Virus record (IMG/VR): IMGVR_UViG_3300042882_000813
Source: an uncultured virus (IMG/VR IMGVR_UViG_3300042882_000813)
Taxonomy: Duplodnaviria > Heunggongvirae > Uroviricota > Caudoviricetes
Length of the DNA stretch: 20,000 bases
Strand: one strand, 5' to 3'
Positions 1 to 8,808 of the stretch are shown in pieces (the stretch's first letter is position 1; the number at the start of each line of letters is the position of its first letter). The notes under the pieces were generated by a model. The model was not told the DNA's origin. It worked only from the letters and a program-made list of their open reading frames with translations, and searched no databases. The position numbers and the translations under genes were made by a program.

Positions 1-121
1 ATTCAAATGGAAATACCGATACTGTAGAAACAAATACGCAATTCGCACTAAACGAATCACAATAGTATATGTCGACCGGTGTATTAGCAGTTACTGATGT
101 TATTGTTACTAATTGACTCAT
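1..121 (-). CDS. Small Cys-containing protein, paralogue of 118..336; runs off the left edge (partial)
   Basis: Not in the ORF track. ATG at 121-119 overlaps the TGA of the upstream ORF (ATGA). Hand translation MSQLVTITSVTANTPVDIYYCDSFSANCVFVSTVSVFPFE... is open to the edge and matches the 72-aa ORF at 16/40 positions without gaps, including both Cys. Confidence 0.85.
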   Translation of the reverse strand, partial: MSQLVTITSVTANTPVDIYYCDSFSANCVFVSTVSVFPFE

Positions 122-336
122 ATTACGTTTTCTATTCCACTTATTGTACAGTTATTCGCATCAACCACCTTTAATAGATAGGACGATGATGTATCGTATG
201 GTGCTGGTATATCAAACACATACGGTGTTGTTGTTATTGTCGATACGTAGAAACATCCACTACCATTACTTTGACATATGTAAACGTCATAAGGTGATTG
301 TCCTGTTATACTACTAATTGTTACTTGTACTGCCAT
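118..336 (-). CDS. 72-aa small beta-rich (Ig-like?) hypothetical protein, probably virion-associated
   Basis: Starts 14 nt after the 1204-aa gene stop, with A-rich start context (TAAAAAATG). Alternating beta-strand pattern (VQVTISSITGQSPYDVYIC, YLLKVVDANNC). Adjacent paralogue downstream. Confidence 0.85.
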   Translation of the reverse strand: MAVQVTISSITGQSPYDVYICQSNGSGCFYVSTITTTPYVFDIPAPYDTSSSYLLKVVDANNCTISGIENVI

Positions 337-350
337 TTTTTATTTAGTTA

Positions 351-3300
351 TTATAAAGGGGGAGGACAAGTTAGGTTAGTAATTCTCCACCCAGTACCTC
401 CATTAACACCGATGGCAACTATTCTAATTGTCCCAGGTTCAGCCAATGTCTTATTAAACGTTAATTTAACATCCCCATCAGAGCTTTTAGCGCTAGGAGA
501 TGGAATATTAGCAACAACACCTATTTGGTTTCCAACACTTCCACTTGCTCTTGTTGAGGTATTTGGTGCAATATCCGCATTTGTATATGATACTGAAATA
601 GTACCATTAGTACTCCAAGCAAAATTTGGGATACCATTAAATACTGCATTTCCTCCGGTACCAACATATATGTATTTAGTTAATGTACTAGCATTAAGTA
701 TCTCATTAACATAAGTTGTTCTTGTAGGACTATTTGTGTTAAGGTCATCTCCCACAAATAATGAATCCGCAACTAATGTATTGTTCCAATATATTTGAAA
801 TCTATCAGGAACAGACAGAGCGTTAAATGTTATTGTTACATTTCCTGTATTAGAACCAATATTATTTATTATTTCATAATACCCCGCCTCCCCGGTAGTA
901 GTTAATGACCCATTACAAGGTATTGCCGGTGGAGTTGAACAAGCTGCACAATTACTAAATGTTGTTGTGATATTACTAAATTTATCCCCTTGGAATGTAC
1001 TCCAAATTACATTCGATGGATATGCATAGTTAGTCTCATATCTTCCAAGATATTCCCAACAAACATTAGATGAATCTTTAATTACTTGACCAACTACTAA
1101 TAAACCATGAGGTAATGATTGACCAACCATTGATTTTACCGTTTGAGGAGAAACAGGTTGACAAGATTGGAATACATAATAATAATTTGGTGTTGGTGTT
1201 GGCGTTTTTGTTAATGTTGGTGTTGGTGTTTGTGTTCGGGTATTTGTAGGTGTTTGAGTTAGAGTTCCAGCCGGTGTTGATGCTGGGGTTCCACCCGGTG
1301 TTCTTGTTGGGGTTTGTGTTAATGTCTGAGTCGGAGTATTTGTTGGAGTCCTTGTTAATGTTTGTGTCGGAGTTTGTGTTTGTGTTGTAGTTAAAGTTGG
1401 TGTAACCGTTGGTGTCGGAGTTTGTGTCGTTAATACCGAACAAGAACCACAGTTACCATAAACATTGTAAATAGCCGCGATAGTTGAGTCAGATGAGAAA
1501 TTAAAGTCATCTCTGACATATGTAACACATTCTTGAACATTATTCCCATTAGGATAACTCATTAACGCCAAGAATGTAGTACCGGTAGTTATTGGAATAC
1601 CTAAATAAGTTAAACTATCATTAGTATAAATTTCCGTATTCGTTCCACATAATTTCAATACCTTAACCGATACACAACTAAACACTTCATTTAACATATT
1701 AAATGTCACTTGACCTCCAACAGGAATATCAGGAGTTGGCATTTGTGTTGGTGTAGAAGTAACGGTTGGTCCAACAGGTGTATAACCACTTAAACTAAAT
1801 AAAATTGCAGTATTCTCACATAAATCAACCGGTGTTGGTGGTGTAGGAGTCACAGTATTATTTGTGAAATCAAAATCTACATCCCCACAAGGTATAATCG
1901 GTATTGGCGTTGGTGTTGGTTCCCAATCACAATCAAAATAGGCGTTAAAATCAAAGGTGGTACAATCAACAGGTAATGGTGTTGGTGAAGGACACACACC
2001 AATAGTAAAATCGTTTGCCGAAATATCCGGACATACTGATTTACAAGGTGTTGCCCCTTGTAGTACACAACTACCACCTAAACTATTACTTAAACACCAA
2101 TATGAACCAGTGTAATAAATAAATGAAGTTGTGGTAGAATTACCTGAATAATATTGTAAAGTATTATAATTACCGGCAACCGTATAATTACCCGTGTATC
2201 CTGTTAATGAAGACAATGTTGTACTGAAACAATATACACTATTAGTACAAGGTAATGGAGTTGTTGAAGGTGTTGGAGTAAAAGTAGGTGTTGGGAGTGG
2301 TGTTGCAGTCGGTGTTTGGCTTGGAATACAATAAAGACAATCCGAAAAATCAGGTTCCCCTAAATCAGGTCCACCCTCTCCCGAAAATTCAATAAATGAA
2401 TAACAAGCCCCTTCATAATAGTAAGTTGCACCAACAAACGCTGTGTCTTGTTGGACATTAGCATATAAAATATTACCATTACCACAATTAGTAAGGATTG
2501 CGGGAATACTACCAACATTAGGACATAAAATATCCCCACATCCCGAAGAAACTTGGGTCATTACACTACCATTACCATTGTATATTGGACCTGAACCATC
2601 ATAAGTAATAACGGTTGCACATCCATTAAAAGATTCATCACTAATTAAATAAGTTTCCCCTACAATTAAAGTTGATGGTAAATTAATAAATCTAAAAGTG
2701 TTTAATGAATTTGTACAACTTTGAAATTGAACAATATATCCACCAGTTACACTTGGTGTCGGTGTTTGAGTTGTTGTTGGTGTTGAGGTATTTGTTGGAG
2801 TTTGAGTATTTGTTGGCGTTTGCGTTGGAGTTTCGGTATTTGTTGGCGTTTGTGTTTGAGTTGGAGTAGAAGTTTGAGTGTTTGTTGGTGTTTGAGTTGG
2901 AGTTTCTGTATTTGTAGGCGTTTGTGTTTGAGTATTAGTTGGTGTTTGTGTTTGAGTAGTAGTTGGTGTCGGCGTTGGCGTTGGACAAATAGAATATGAA
3001 CTTATTACACCACTACCACCATTAACTGTATAACAACCTAAATTACTTGGCCCCGCAGTTGAAACTAATGAATAATAACCGTCTACAACAGTTGTAACAC
3101 AACTATCCGAATATAAGACCACTCCCGGTACAATTGGCTCGAAATTTGAATATAAATCAACTTGTAAAGTTGTTGAACAGGCCGTACCACAATCAATAGC
3201 ACTGTATAGAGCTTTACCAATATAATAACAACCAGGTGTTTGAGTTGGAGTAGAAGTTTGAGTATTTGTTGGCGTTTGTGTTGGAGTTCCTGTGTTTGTT

Positions 3301-3965
3301 GGTGTTTGAGTTGGTGTTTCTGTATTTGTTGGTGTTTGTGTTGGTGTAGAAGTCTGAGTATTTGTTGGAGTTTGTGTTGGTGTAGATGTATTTGTTGGTG
3401 TTGGAGTTGGGGTCGGAGTTAACGGAACACAAATAGTATAATTATTAATTAAACTACTTAAAATTGTGTAATTAATGACATCGTTTTTATAATATATCGC
3501 AAATGTACTTGTTATACCTGAAATACATTCTGCATCAGGGAAAAATCCTGCGGTTCCATACCCATCACTTGTTTGACCATTACCATCACAATCAACGTAT
3601 TGGAAGAAAACTTTGTTATTCTTACTAACATCAGTATTTCCGGTAGCGTCAGCTAAGTCAGTTGAACTAACTGTCGCATCCGCATTATAACAAACTGTTG
3701 CACATGCACTTTGTTGATTCTCATAACTATTACTCGCAATAGTTCCTATATTATTATTATAATAAGAAAAGACAAAAGGAATTGAATCGTCACCACAGAC
3801 TGCACTACTATAAGTACCTGCACTACTATATGATAGTTGAAACGGTGTACCATAACAATCAGTGTAATCAACAAACACAGTACCATTCTGAGCAGGATTA
3901 CTATTACCTGTTGCATTCGCAATATCAAGAGCACTTATTATTATGTCATAATCTTTACAAGCCAT
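351..3965 (-). CDS. 1204-aa modular Cys-rich protein with Thr/Pro-rich linkers; putative virion fibre/decoration protein
   Basis: Long ORF. Two tandem ~88-aa N-terminal repeats share D(I/L)AxATGN...YxDCxG...YY. Small Cys-rich domains are separated by TPTQTPTNT tracts (~3235-3420, ~2752-2984, ~1187-1430). No N-terminal signal peptide. The function is inferred. Confidence 0.85.
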   Translation of the reverse strand: MACKDYDIIISALDIANATGNSNPAQNGTVFVDYTDCYGTPFQLSYSSAGTYSSAVCGDDSIPFVFSYYNNNIGTIASNSYENQQSACATVCYNADATVSSTDLADATGNTDVSKNNKVFFQYVDCDGNGQTSDGYGTAGFFPDAECISGITSTFAIYYKNDVINYTILSSLINNYTICVPLTPTPTPTPTNTSTPTQTPTNTQTSTPTQTPTNTETPTQTPTNTGTPTQTPTNTQTSTPTQTPGCYYIGKALYSAIDCGTACSTTLQVDLYSNFEPIVPGVVLYSDSCVTTVVDGYYSLVSTAGPSNLGCYTVNGGSGVISSYSICPTPTPTPTTTQTQTPTNTQTQTPTNTETPTQTPTNTQTSTPTQTQTPTNTETPTQTPTNTQTPTNTSTPTTTQTPTPSVTGGYIVQFQSCTNSLNTFRFINLPSTLIVGETYLISDESFNGCATVITYDGSGPIYNGNGSVMTQVSSGCGDILCPNVGSIPAILTNCGNGNILYANVQQDTAFVGATYYYEGACYSFIEFSGEGGPDLGEPDFSDCLYCIPSQTPTATPLPTPTFTPTPSTTPLPCTNSVYCFSTTLSSLTGYTGNYTVAGNYNTLQYYSGNSTTTSFIYYTGSYWCLSNSLGGSCVLQGATPCKSVCPDISANDFTIGVCPSPTPLPVDCTTFDFNAYFDCDWEPTPTPIPIIPCGDVDFDFTNNTVTPTPPTPVDLCENTAILFSLSGYTPVGPTVTSTPTQMPTPDIPVGGQVTFNMLNEVFSCVSVKVLKLCGTNTEIYTNDSLTYLGIPITTGTTFLALMSYPNGNNVQECVTYVRDDFNFSSDSTIAAIYNVYGNCGSCSVLTTQTPTPTVTPTLTTTQTQTPTQTLTRTPTNTPTQTLTQTPTRTPGGTPASTPAGTLTQTPTNTRTQTPTPTLTKTPTPTPNYYYVFQSCQPVSPQTVKSMVGQSLPHGLLVVGQVIKDSSNVCWEYLGRYETNYAYPSNVIWSTFQGDKFSNITTTFSNCAACSTPPAIPCNGSLTTTGEAGYYEIINNIGSNTGNVTITFNALSVPDRFQIYWNNTLVADSLFVGDDLNTNSPTRTTYVNEILNASTLTKYIYVGTGGNAVFNGIPNFAWSTNGTISVSYTNADIAPNTSTRASGSVGNQIGVVANIPSPSAKSSDGDVKLTFNKTLAEPGTIRIVAIGVNGGTGWRITNLTCPPPL

Positions 3966-3980
3966 TCAAATTTGTTTTAC

Positions 3981-4046
3981 TATAAATAACCCAATAGTGG
4001 GTTTTATACAAAAAGAAATATAGTTTTATTAAAAAACAAATAAAGA
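3981..4046. repeat. 66-bp direct repeat copy 1 (putative promoter element upstream of the 1204-aa gene)
   Basis: TATAAATAACCCAATAGTGGGTTTTATACAAAAAGAAATATAGTTTTATTAAAAAACAAATAAAGA; 64/66 identical to 8433-8498. Contains an AACCCA-ATAG-TGGGTT hairpin and TATTTATA on the - (coding) strand. Confidence 0.95.
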
Positions 4047-4074
4047 CGATAAGGTCGTAGAAAAGATAAATACT

Positions 4075-7000
4075 TTATTTGTTATGTGTTAAGACATTAT
4101 TCGCAAAATACAAGTTACTATTATTAACGTCAACATCATAAACCGTTGTTGGTTCTGTAATTACCACTAATGAAGTAATTTCAAATTCAGTATTATCAAT
4201 ATCCAATAATACATCACCAACGTTTAATTCTGATGTTGTTCTGATATACCAAACACCATTTTGTTTAACAACGTGGTTATGAGAATCGGTTGCAATTAAT
4301 CTACCATTATTAATGTTAACAACTGAATCAAATTCGTATGTTGTAAAATTAATAACCGTTGATGTTGAACTAACATAATTCAATGTATCACTACTCCAAG
4401 AGTACCACTCATTCGCAGGTTGAGGCATTCCTGATACATCAATAGATTTAAGTACATCATTCACTTGAATATCTTGTATTAATTTGGTTGACCCATCCGA
4501 TAATGTTATTAAGGTATCGGAAACTAAACATCCAGTACACAAAGAACAAACTCCAAAAGATGTACCGTCCCAATATCTTCGATTTGTTCCATCACTATAC
4601 CACCCCGCCGTTGCAGGAGATAAATAACAATTACCCTCTCCGTCACCCGAATTTAAAATTGTTGCTGAACACAAATCACAACTATCGGCACAATTAAAAT
4701 CAAGCAATGGGTTATTACAAGCATTAGAAGCGCTTAAACCATATTGAAAGTCTGTTAAACATAAAGATGGTGGTGTTGTTGGTGTTGGGGTTGGTGTTGG
4801 TGGAGGTAAACAACAATCATTTACCGCTATTTCCCAATAACCATCACCATCACCACCGGTTTTTACAACACTATCTTGTTGAGCACAAACATCTAATGGC
4901 GAGTCAAATTCACCTACACCTACATTTGTTACGGTTCCATTACAAGCAGTATATTGATAATTTGTATACCCAATGTAAGGGGTAAATGGTGGACTACTAG
5001 TATAAAATAATGTATAACATACACAAACTATTGGTAGTGTTTCGGTTGGTGTTGGTGTTAAGGTTGGAGTTACTGTTGGAGTTTGAGTTCTTGTTGGTGT
5101 ATTAGTAGGTGTTTTTGTTAGTGTATTAGTTGGTGTATTTGTTGGTGTTTTAGTTTGAGTTGGCGTTTGAGTTGGAGCTAAATAAAATAAAACGTTAGAA
5201 AATGAACTTGTAGTCGGTGAAGTATTACATCCTTGATAAACTTTATAATAAGTAGCAACTAAAGGTTTTGAGAAAGTATAAGAACTTCCACAAGCACATG
5301 CCGTACAAATTATTGTATAATTTATTCCATCAGTTGATGAATACCAAAATAAAGCTCCACAAGAACCTCCACCAGCAGGTAATGAATAGTTAATTGTTAA
5401 AGTTGAACCATTATCAACGATATTATTTAAAACAGGTGCCAAACATTCAGGTGTTGTTGTTGGAGTTATTGTGTTTGTAGGGGTATTTGTTGGGGTTTTA
5501 GTTATAGTATTTGTTGGTGTTATTGTGTTTGTAGGGGTATTTGTTGGGGTTTTAGTTATAGTATTTGTTGGCGTTTGAGTCATTGTTTTTGTAGGTGTTG
5601 GAGTAGGGGTTTGTGTAAATTCACTTGTAATACAACTTGGTGATTGTGCCGCTCCTGAAATACCTGGAACACCAGCAACTGTTTGTACGAATGTTGCTGC
5701 TAAGGTTGTAGGGTTAATTGACCATACTTGACGGGTACCCTGTACAACATATAATGTGGTACCAACAATGTACATACCCCAAGCATTAGTAAACGGTAAT
5801 TGGGTGGAGTTCCAAACTGTACCATCACTTAAGAATTCACCAATAAAACTATTAGACCCATTCGAATATGTTACAAAATAGTGTGTTGTTGTTGGATTAT
5901 AAACTATGTCTCCATCAACAAATGTACCGGATGGTAAATTAAATAATAAAGTACTTGTTGCAGTTGTTGTTGTAATATTTAACGAATATATTGAAGAACC
6001 ACCCATTAATAATGTAGTATTATTAATTGCCCCTAATCCTGCCCCATACGCTCCTGCCGGATAAGATATTATTCTATTAGGCGTTTGAGATACACTAAAC
6101 GGACTCAATGTTAAATCATATTCATAAATATCAGTAGTATTGTATAACCATAATTTATTACTTGTCATAGCAATATCAGGGGAACCAATCCCAGTTGATA
6201 ATACTAACTCTGAAGTATTAAGAGTTGGATTATAATGATATACATTTCCTGAATTATTAAATGCAACATCACAACTGTTAAAAATTATCGGAGTTGCAGT
6301 TGGTGTTGGAGTTTGAGTTGATGTTCTTGTAGGTGTTTGAGTTTGAGTTGCGGTGTTAGTAGGAGTTTGAGTTATTGTGTTAGTTGGTGTTATTGTATTG
6401 GTAGGGGTATTTGTTGGAGTTTGAGTTATTGTGTTAGTTGGTGTTATTGTATTGGTAGGGGTATTTGTTGGAGTTTGAGTTATTGTGTTAGTTGGCGTTT
6501 GAGTTTGACTTGCAGTGTTAGTAGGTGTTTGAGTTATTGTGTTCGTTGGCGTTTGAGTTTGACTTGCAGTGTTAGTAGGTGTTTGAGTTATTGTGTTAGT
6601 TGGCGTGTTTGTTGGCGTTTGAGTTTGAGTAGCAGTGTTAGTCGGAGTACTAGTCTCTGTGTTAGTTGGCGTGTTTGTTGGCGTTTGAGTTTGAGTAGCA
6701 GTGTTAGTCGGAGTACTAGTCTCTGTGTTTGTTGGCGTGTTTGTTGGCGTTTGAGTTTGAGTAGCAGTGTTAGTCGGAGTACTAGTCTCTGTGTTTGTTG
6801 GCGTGTTTGTTGGTGTCTCAGTATTTGTCGGAGTCGGAGTATTAGTCGGAGTTTCTGTATTTGCAGGTGTTGGTGTTTGAGTCGGAGTTTCTGTATTAGT
6901 TGGCGTATTAGTCGGAGTACTAGTCTCTGTGTTTGTTGGAGTGTTAGTTGGAGTTTCTGTATTAGTTGGCGTTATAGTTTGTGTTGGTGTTTCAGTATTA

Positions 7001-8403
7001 GTCGGAGTTGGAGTCTGAGTAGCAGTATTAGTCGGAGTACTAGTCTCTGTGTTTGTCGGAGTTGGAGTCTGAGTAGCAGTATTAGTCGGAGTACTAGTCT
7101 CTGTGTTTGTTGGCGTGTTTGTAGGTGTTATAGTTTGTGTTGGTGTTTCAGTATTAGTCGGAGTCGGAGTATTAGTCGGAGTTTCTGTATTTGTTGGCGT
7201 GTTTGTTGGCGTCTCAGTATTAGTTTGAGTTGGAGTATTAGTCGGAGTTTCTGTATTTGTAGGTGTTGGAGTGTTAGTTGAAGTTTGGGTTGGAGTTTGA
7301 GTTGGTTGGGCATCTGTTGGTGTTACAGTGTTAGTTGGTGTTGGTGTTTGAGTTAACACAGGACAATAAGTTGGCGTTACACAAATATTTGTATCTGACC
7401 CGTTATATCTTGTTACTAACGCATTATAGTTATTTACAATCTCATTCGACGTTAATCCTCTATTAAAAATTTGAACTTCTCCGATATTACCATCAAAATA
7501 TTCAGTTATATTTGTTAATCCTATTGTAAGGTTATTAGCATTAGGAACATTATGCCCGGTAGGAGTGTCAGAACCAATTAAAACACCATTAACCCAAATA
7601 CTTCTTGTAGTACCATCAAAAGTAGCAACCGCATTATACCAAAGTCCCGGTGTTATTGTTGTTGTAACACTTAAATCGTTTGCCCACCAATAATTTACCA
7701 ATCCTGAAGAAGTAAGTCGGAAAGCATTTACTTGATTTGTTGCACCATAATTACCCCACCCAACAAGACCTTTTTCCCCAAGAGTATCAGTATTAAACCA
7801 AACACTTATAGTGTAATTTGAATTACCGATTGGTATATTTGTTGGTGTTGTAAAAGAAACATATTGATTGGCACCATTAAAACCCAAATAACCCTTTAAA
7901 CCTGAGTTATAAGTAACACCATTAACCAATGTTCCGTTATTGTTGGGATTATTAGTTAAGTCATACCATACAGTACCTGTTTTTGGGTATGAAGATGGTA
8001 ATCCTGCGTCAAGATTTAAGGTATTACCACTTGTAACAATTGGTGGGTAATTTTGATTGGTTACAAATATTCCATTTGTAATCGCCCAATCCATCGCGGT
8101 TAATAAAGTTAGAAATGGACCTTCGGATTTTGCTATCGCAATTCTATTAATAAGATTAATTAAACTCTCATCCGTTAAATCATTAGTACAATAACATAAC
8201 ATAAATGCAGACTCTTCATCTGTCTTATTCATAAAATAAGAATCAATTAGAAGATTATAATTATCACATACCCCACAAGTCGAGCACCAATCCAAATTAG
8301 TTAAATTAACAGAACTATTTACAGCAACTGAAACCCTACTGGTATTTAACGCCCAATCTTGATTACTACCTGCGTTATACGCCATCAAACTAACATTTGC
8401 CAT
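4075..8403 (-). CDS. 1442-aa modular protein: LamG/ConA-like domain, long Thr-alternating stalk, probable beta-propeller, Cys-rich modules, C-terminal Hint domain
   Basis: LamG motifs (LDAG...[47 protein letters not shown]...EI..NYNA). ~355-aa PT stalk. Repeated D(I)x blade-like segments at ~5618-6288. Hint motifs at the C-terminus. No signal peptide. Confidence 0.9.
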   Translation of the reverse strand: MANVSLMAYNAGSNQDWALNTSRVSVAVNSSVNLTNLDWCSTCGVCDNYNLLIDSYFMNKTDEESAFMLCYCTNDLTDESLINLINRIAIAKSEGPFLTLLTAMDWAITNGIFVTNQNYPPIVTSGNTLNLDAGLPSSYPKTGTVWYDLTNNPNNNGTLVNGVTYNSGLKGYLGFNGANQYVSFTTPTNIPIGNSNYTISVWFNTDTLGEKGLVGWGNYGATNQVNAFRLTSSGLVNYWWANDLSVTTTITPGLWYNAVATFDGTTRSIWVNGVLIGSDTPTGHNVPNANNLTIGLTNITEYFDGNIGEVQIFNRGLTSNEIVNNYNALVTRYNGSDTNICVTPTYCPVLTQTPTPTNTVTPTDAQPTQTPTQTSTNTPTPTNTETPTNTPTQTNTETPTNTPTNTETPTNTPTPTNTETPTQTITPTNTPTNTETSTPTNTATQTPTPTNTETSTPTNTATQTPTPTNTETPTQTITPTNTETPTNTPTNTETSTPTNTPTNTETPTQTPTPANTETPTNTPTPTNTETPTNTPTNTETSTPTNTATQTQTPTNTPTNTETSTPTNTATQTQTPTNTPTNTETSTPTNTATQTQTPTNTPTNTITQTPTNTASQTQTPTNTITQTPTNTASQTQTPTNTITQTPTNTPTNTITPTNTITQTPTNTPTNTITPTNTITQTPTNTATQTQTPTRTSTQTPTPTATPIIFNSCDVAFNNSGNVYHYNPTLNTSELVLSTGIGSPDIAMTSNKLWLYNTTDIYEYDLTLSPFSVSQTPNRIISYPAGAYGAGLGAINNTTLLMGGSSIYSLNITTTTATSTLLFNLPSGTFVDGDIVYNPTTTHYFVTYSNGSNSFIGEFLSDGTVWNSTQLPFTNAWGMYIVGTTLYVVQGTRQVWSINPTTLAATFVQTVAGVPGISGAAQSPSCITSEFTQTPTPTPTKTMTQTPTNTITKTPTNTPTNTITPTNTITKTPTNTPTNTITPTTTPECLAPVLNNIVDNGSTLTINYSLPAGGGSCGALFWYSSTDGINYTIICTACACGSSYTFSKPLVATYYKVYQGCNTSPTTSSFSNVLFYLAPTQTPTQTKTPTNTPTNTLTKTPTNTPTRTQTPTVTPTLTPTPTETLPIVCVCYTLFYTSSPPFTPYIGYTNYQYTACNGTVTNVGVGEFDSPLDVCAQQDSVVKTGGDGDGYWEIAVNDCCLPPPTPTPTPTTPPSLCLTDFQYGLSASNACNNPLLDFNCADSCDLCSATILNSGDGEGNCYLSPATAGWYSDGTNRRYWDGTSFGVCSLCTGCLVSDTLITLSDGSTKLIQDIQVNDVLKSIDVSGMPQPANEWYSWSSDTLNYVSSTSTVINFTTYEFDSVVNINNGRLIATDSHNHVVKQNGVWYIRTTSELNVGDVLLDIDNTEFEITSLVVITEPTTVYDVDVNNSNLYFANNVLTHNK
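4078..4530 (-). other. Hint (intein-like/BIL) autoprocessing domain, aa 1292-1442
   Basis: Block [27 protein letters not shown], block [19 protein letters not shown], block F VYDVDV, and terminal [11 protein letters not shown] followed by K and stop. No homing endonuclease insert. Confidence 0.92.
6289..7353 (-). repeat. Thr-alternating (T-P/N/Q/E/S/A/I) low-complexity stalk, with near-identical 66-bp tandem units
   Basis: About 355 aa with Thr at nearly every second residue. The unit [22 protein letters not shown] recurs with 66-bp period (tggcgtgtttgttgg at 6601, 6667, 6733, 6799). Confidence 0.95.
7405..8040 (-). other. LamG / concanavalin A-like lectin domain
   Basis: Motif set characteristic of Laminin_G_3-type domains in phage structural proteins (see CDS evidence). 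Confidence 0.88.
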
Positions 8404-8432
8404 CTATATTATTTTTTGTTTTTTAACACTAT

Positions 8433-8498
8433 TATAAATAACCCCATAGTGGGTTTTATACAAAAAGAAATATACTTTTATTAAAAAACAAATAAAGA
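8433..8498. repeat. 66-bp direct repeat copy 2 (putative promoter element upstream of the 1442-aa gene)
   Basis: TATAAATAACCCCATAGTGGGTTTTATACAAAAAGAAATATACTTTTATTAAAAAACAAATAAAGA; two mismatches against copy 1; offset 4452 bp. Confidence 0.95.
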
Positions 8499-8511
8499 TA
8501 GGGGTTGGGAA

Positions 8512-8519
8512 TATTTATA
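8512..8519 (+). promoter_or_regulatory. TATTTATA motif, putative phage promoter core
   Basis: 4 nt upstream of the ATG at 8524. The same 8-mer is on the coding strand 15 nt and 29 nt upstream of the 1204-aa and 1442-aa genes. Confidence 0.55.
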
Positions 8520-8523
8520 AGAT

Positions 8524-8709
8524 ATGAAACTTCTTTCAACCATAGAAAAAATTATCCAAGAAGCCGAAGATAATTACAATAACGCCTGTGAAGGTGCAAC
8601 ATCCATTGATGAATTAGATAGACTTGAAAAACAATATAACGATTCATTAAAATTATTAACATTTTATAAGTTTAATGAACACAAAAACCCTCCAAGTGAG
8701 GACATTTAG
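8524..8709 (+). CDS. 61-aa acidic helical hypothetical protein
   Basis: ORF fills the intergenic gap directly after a TATTTATA motif. Amphipathic helical pattern (MKLLSTIEKIIQEAE...IDELDRLEKQYNDSLKLL). Ends in TAG. Confidence 0.7.
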   Translation: MKLLSTIEKIIQEAEDNYNNACEGATSIDELDRLEKQYNDSLKLLTFYKFNEHKNPPSEDI

Positions 8710-8770
8710 GACCGTTATCAGTAATGGTAACATATAAAAAGGGAAAGTTCGCTACTATTCCCTTTTTTTT
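8689..8770 (+). ncRNA. Candidate structured RNA element (three hairpins, the last terminator-like)
   Basis: CCTC-caagt-GAGG (8689-8701); GTTATCA-GTAA-TGGTAAC (8714-8731, GNRA loop); AAAAAGGGAA-AGT-tcgct-ACT-a-TTCCCTTTTT (8736-8767). No family recognised. Confidence 0.4.
8736..8770 (+). terminator. Intrinsic terminator after the 61-aa ORF
   Basis: GGGAA-AGT/ACT-A-TTCCC stem followed by a T8 run; A5 on the 5' side. Confidence 0.75.
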
Positions 8771-8808
8771 ATTCTTAATTTTTGTATATTTTAAACAAAA
8801 TTTAACTT

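Noticed and set aside
4046..4058. ACGA-TAAGG-TCGT mini-hairpin as terminator of the 1442-aa gene
   Set aside because: Only a 4-bp stem on the transcribed strand; too weak to call.
4078..4530. Canonical mobile intein
   Set aside because: No homing endonuclease, no Cys/Ser/Thr +1 residue, and essentially no C-extein.
6337..7281. 314-aa Cys/Trp/Ser-rich + strand ORF (also 2802-2999 and 3240-3422)
   Set aside because: Antisense shadows of the Thr/Pro repeats, with TTG starts and no independent support.
3981..8498. IS/transposon, or diversity-generating retroelement TR/VR pair
   Set aside because: The repeats are direct and non-coding, with only two mismatches (one is G/C, so not adenine-specific). 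No transposase, integrase or reverse transcriptase in the window.
8707..8724. TAG reassignment or stop-codon read-through
   Set aside because: All long genes are intact in code 11, and read-through would add only about five residues before TAA.
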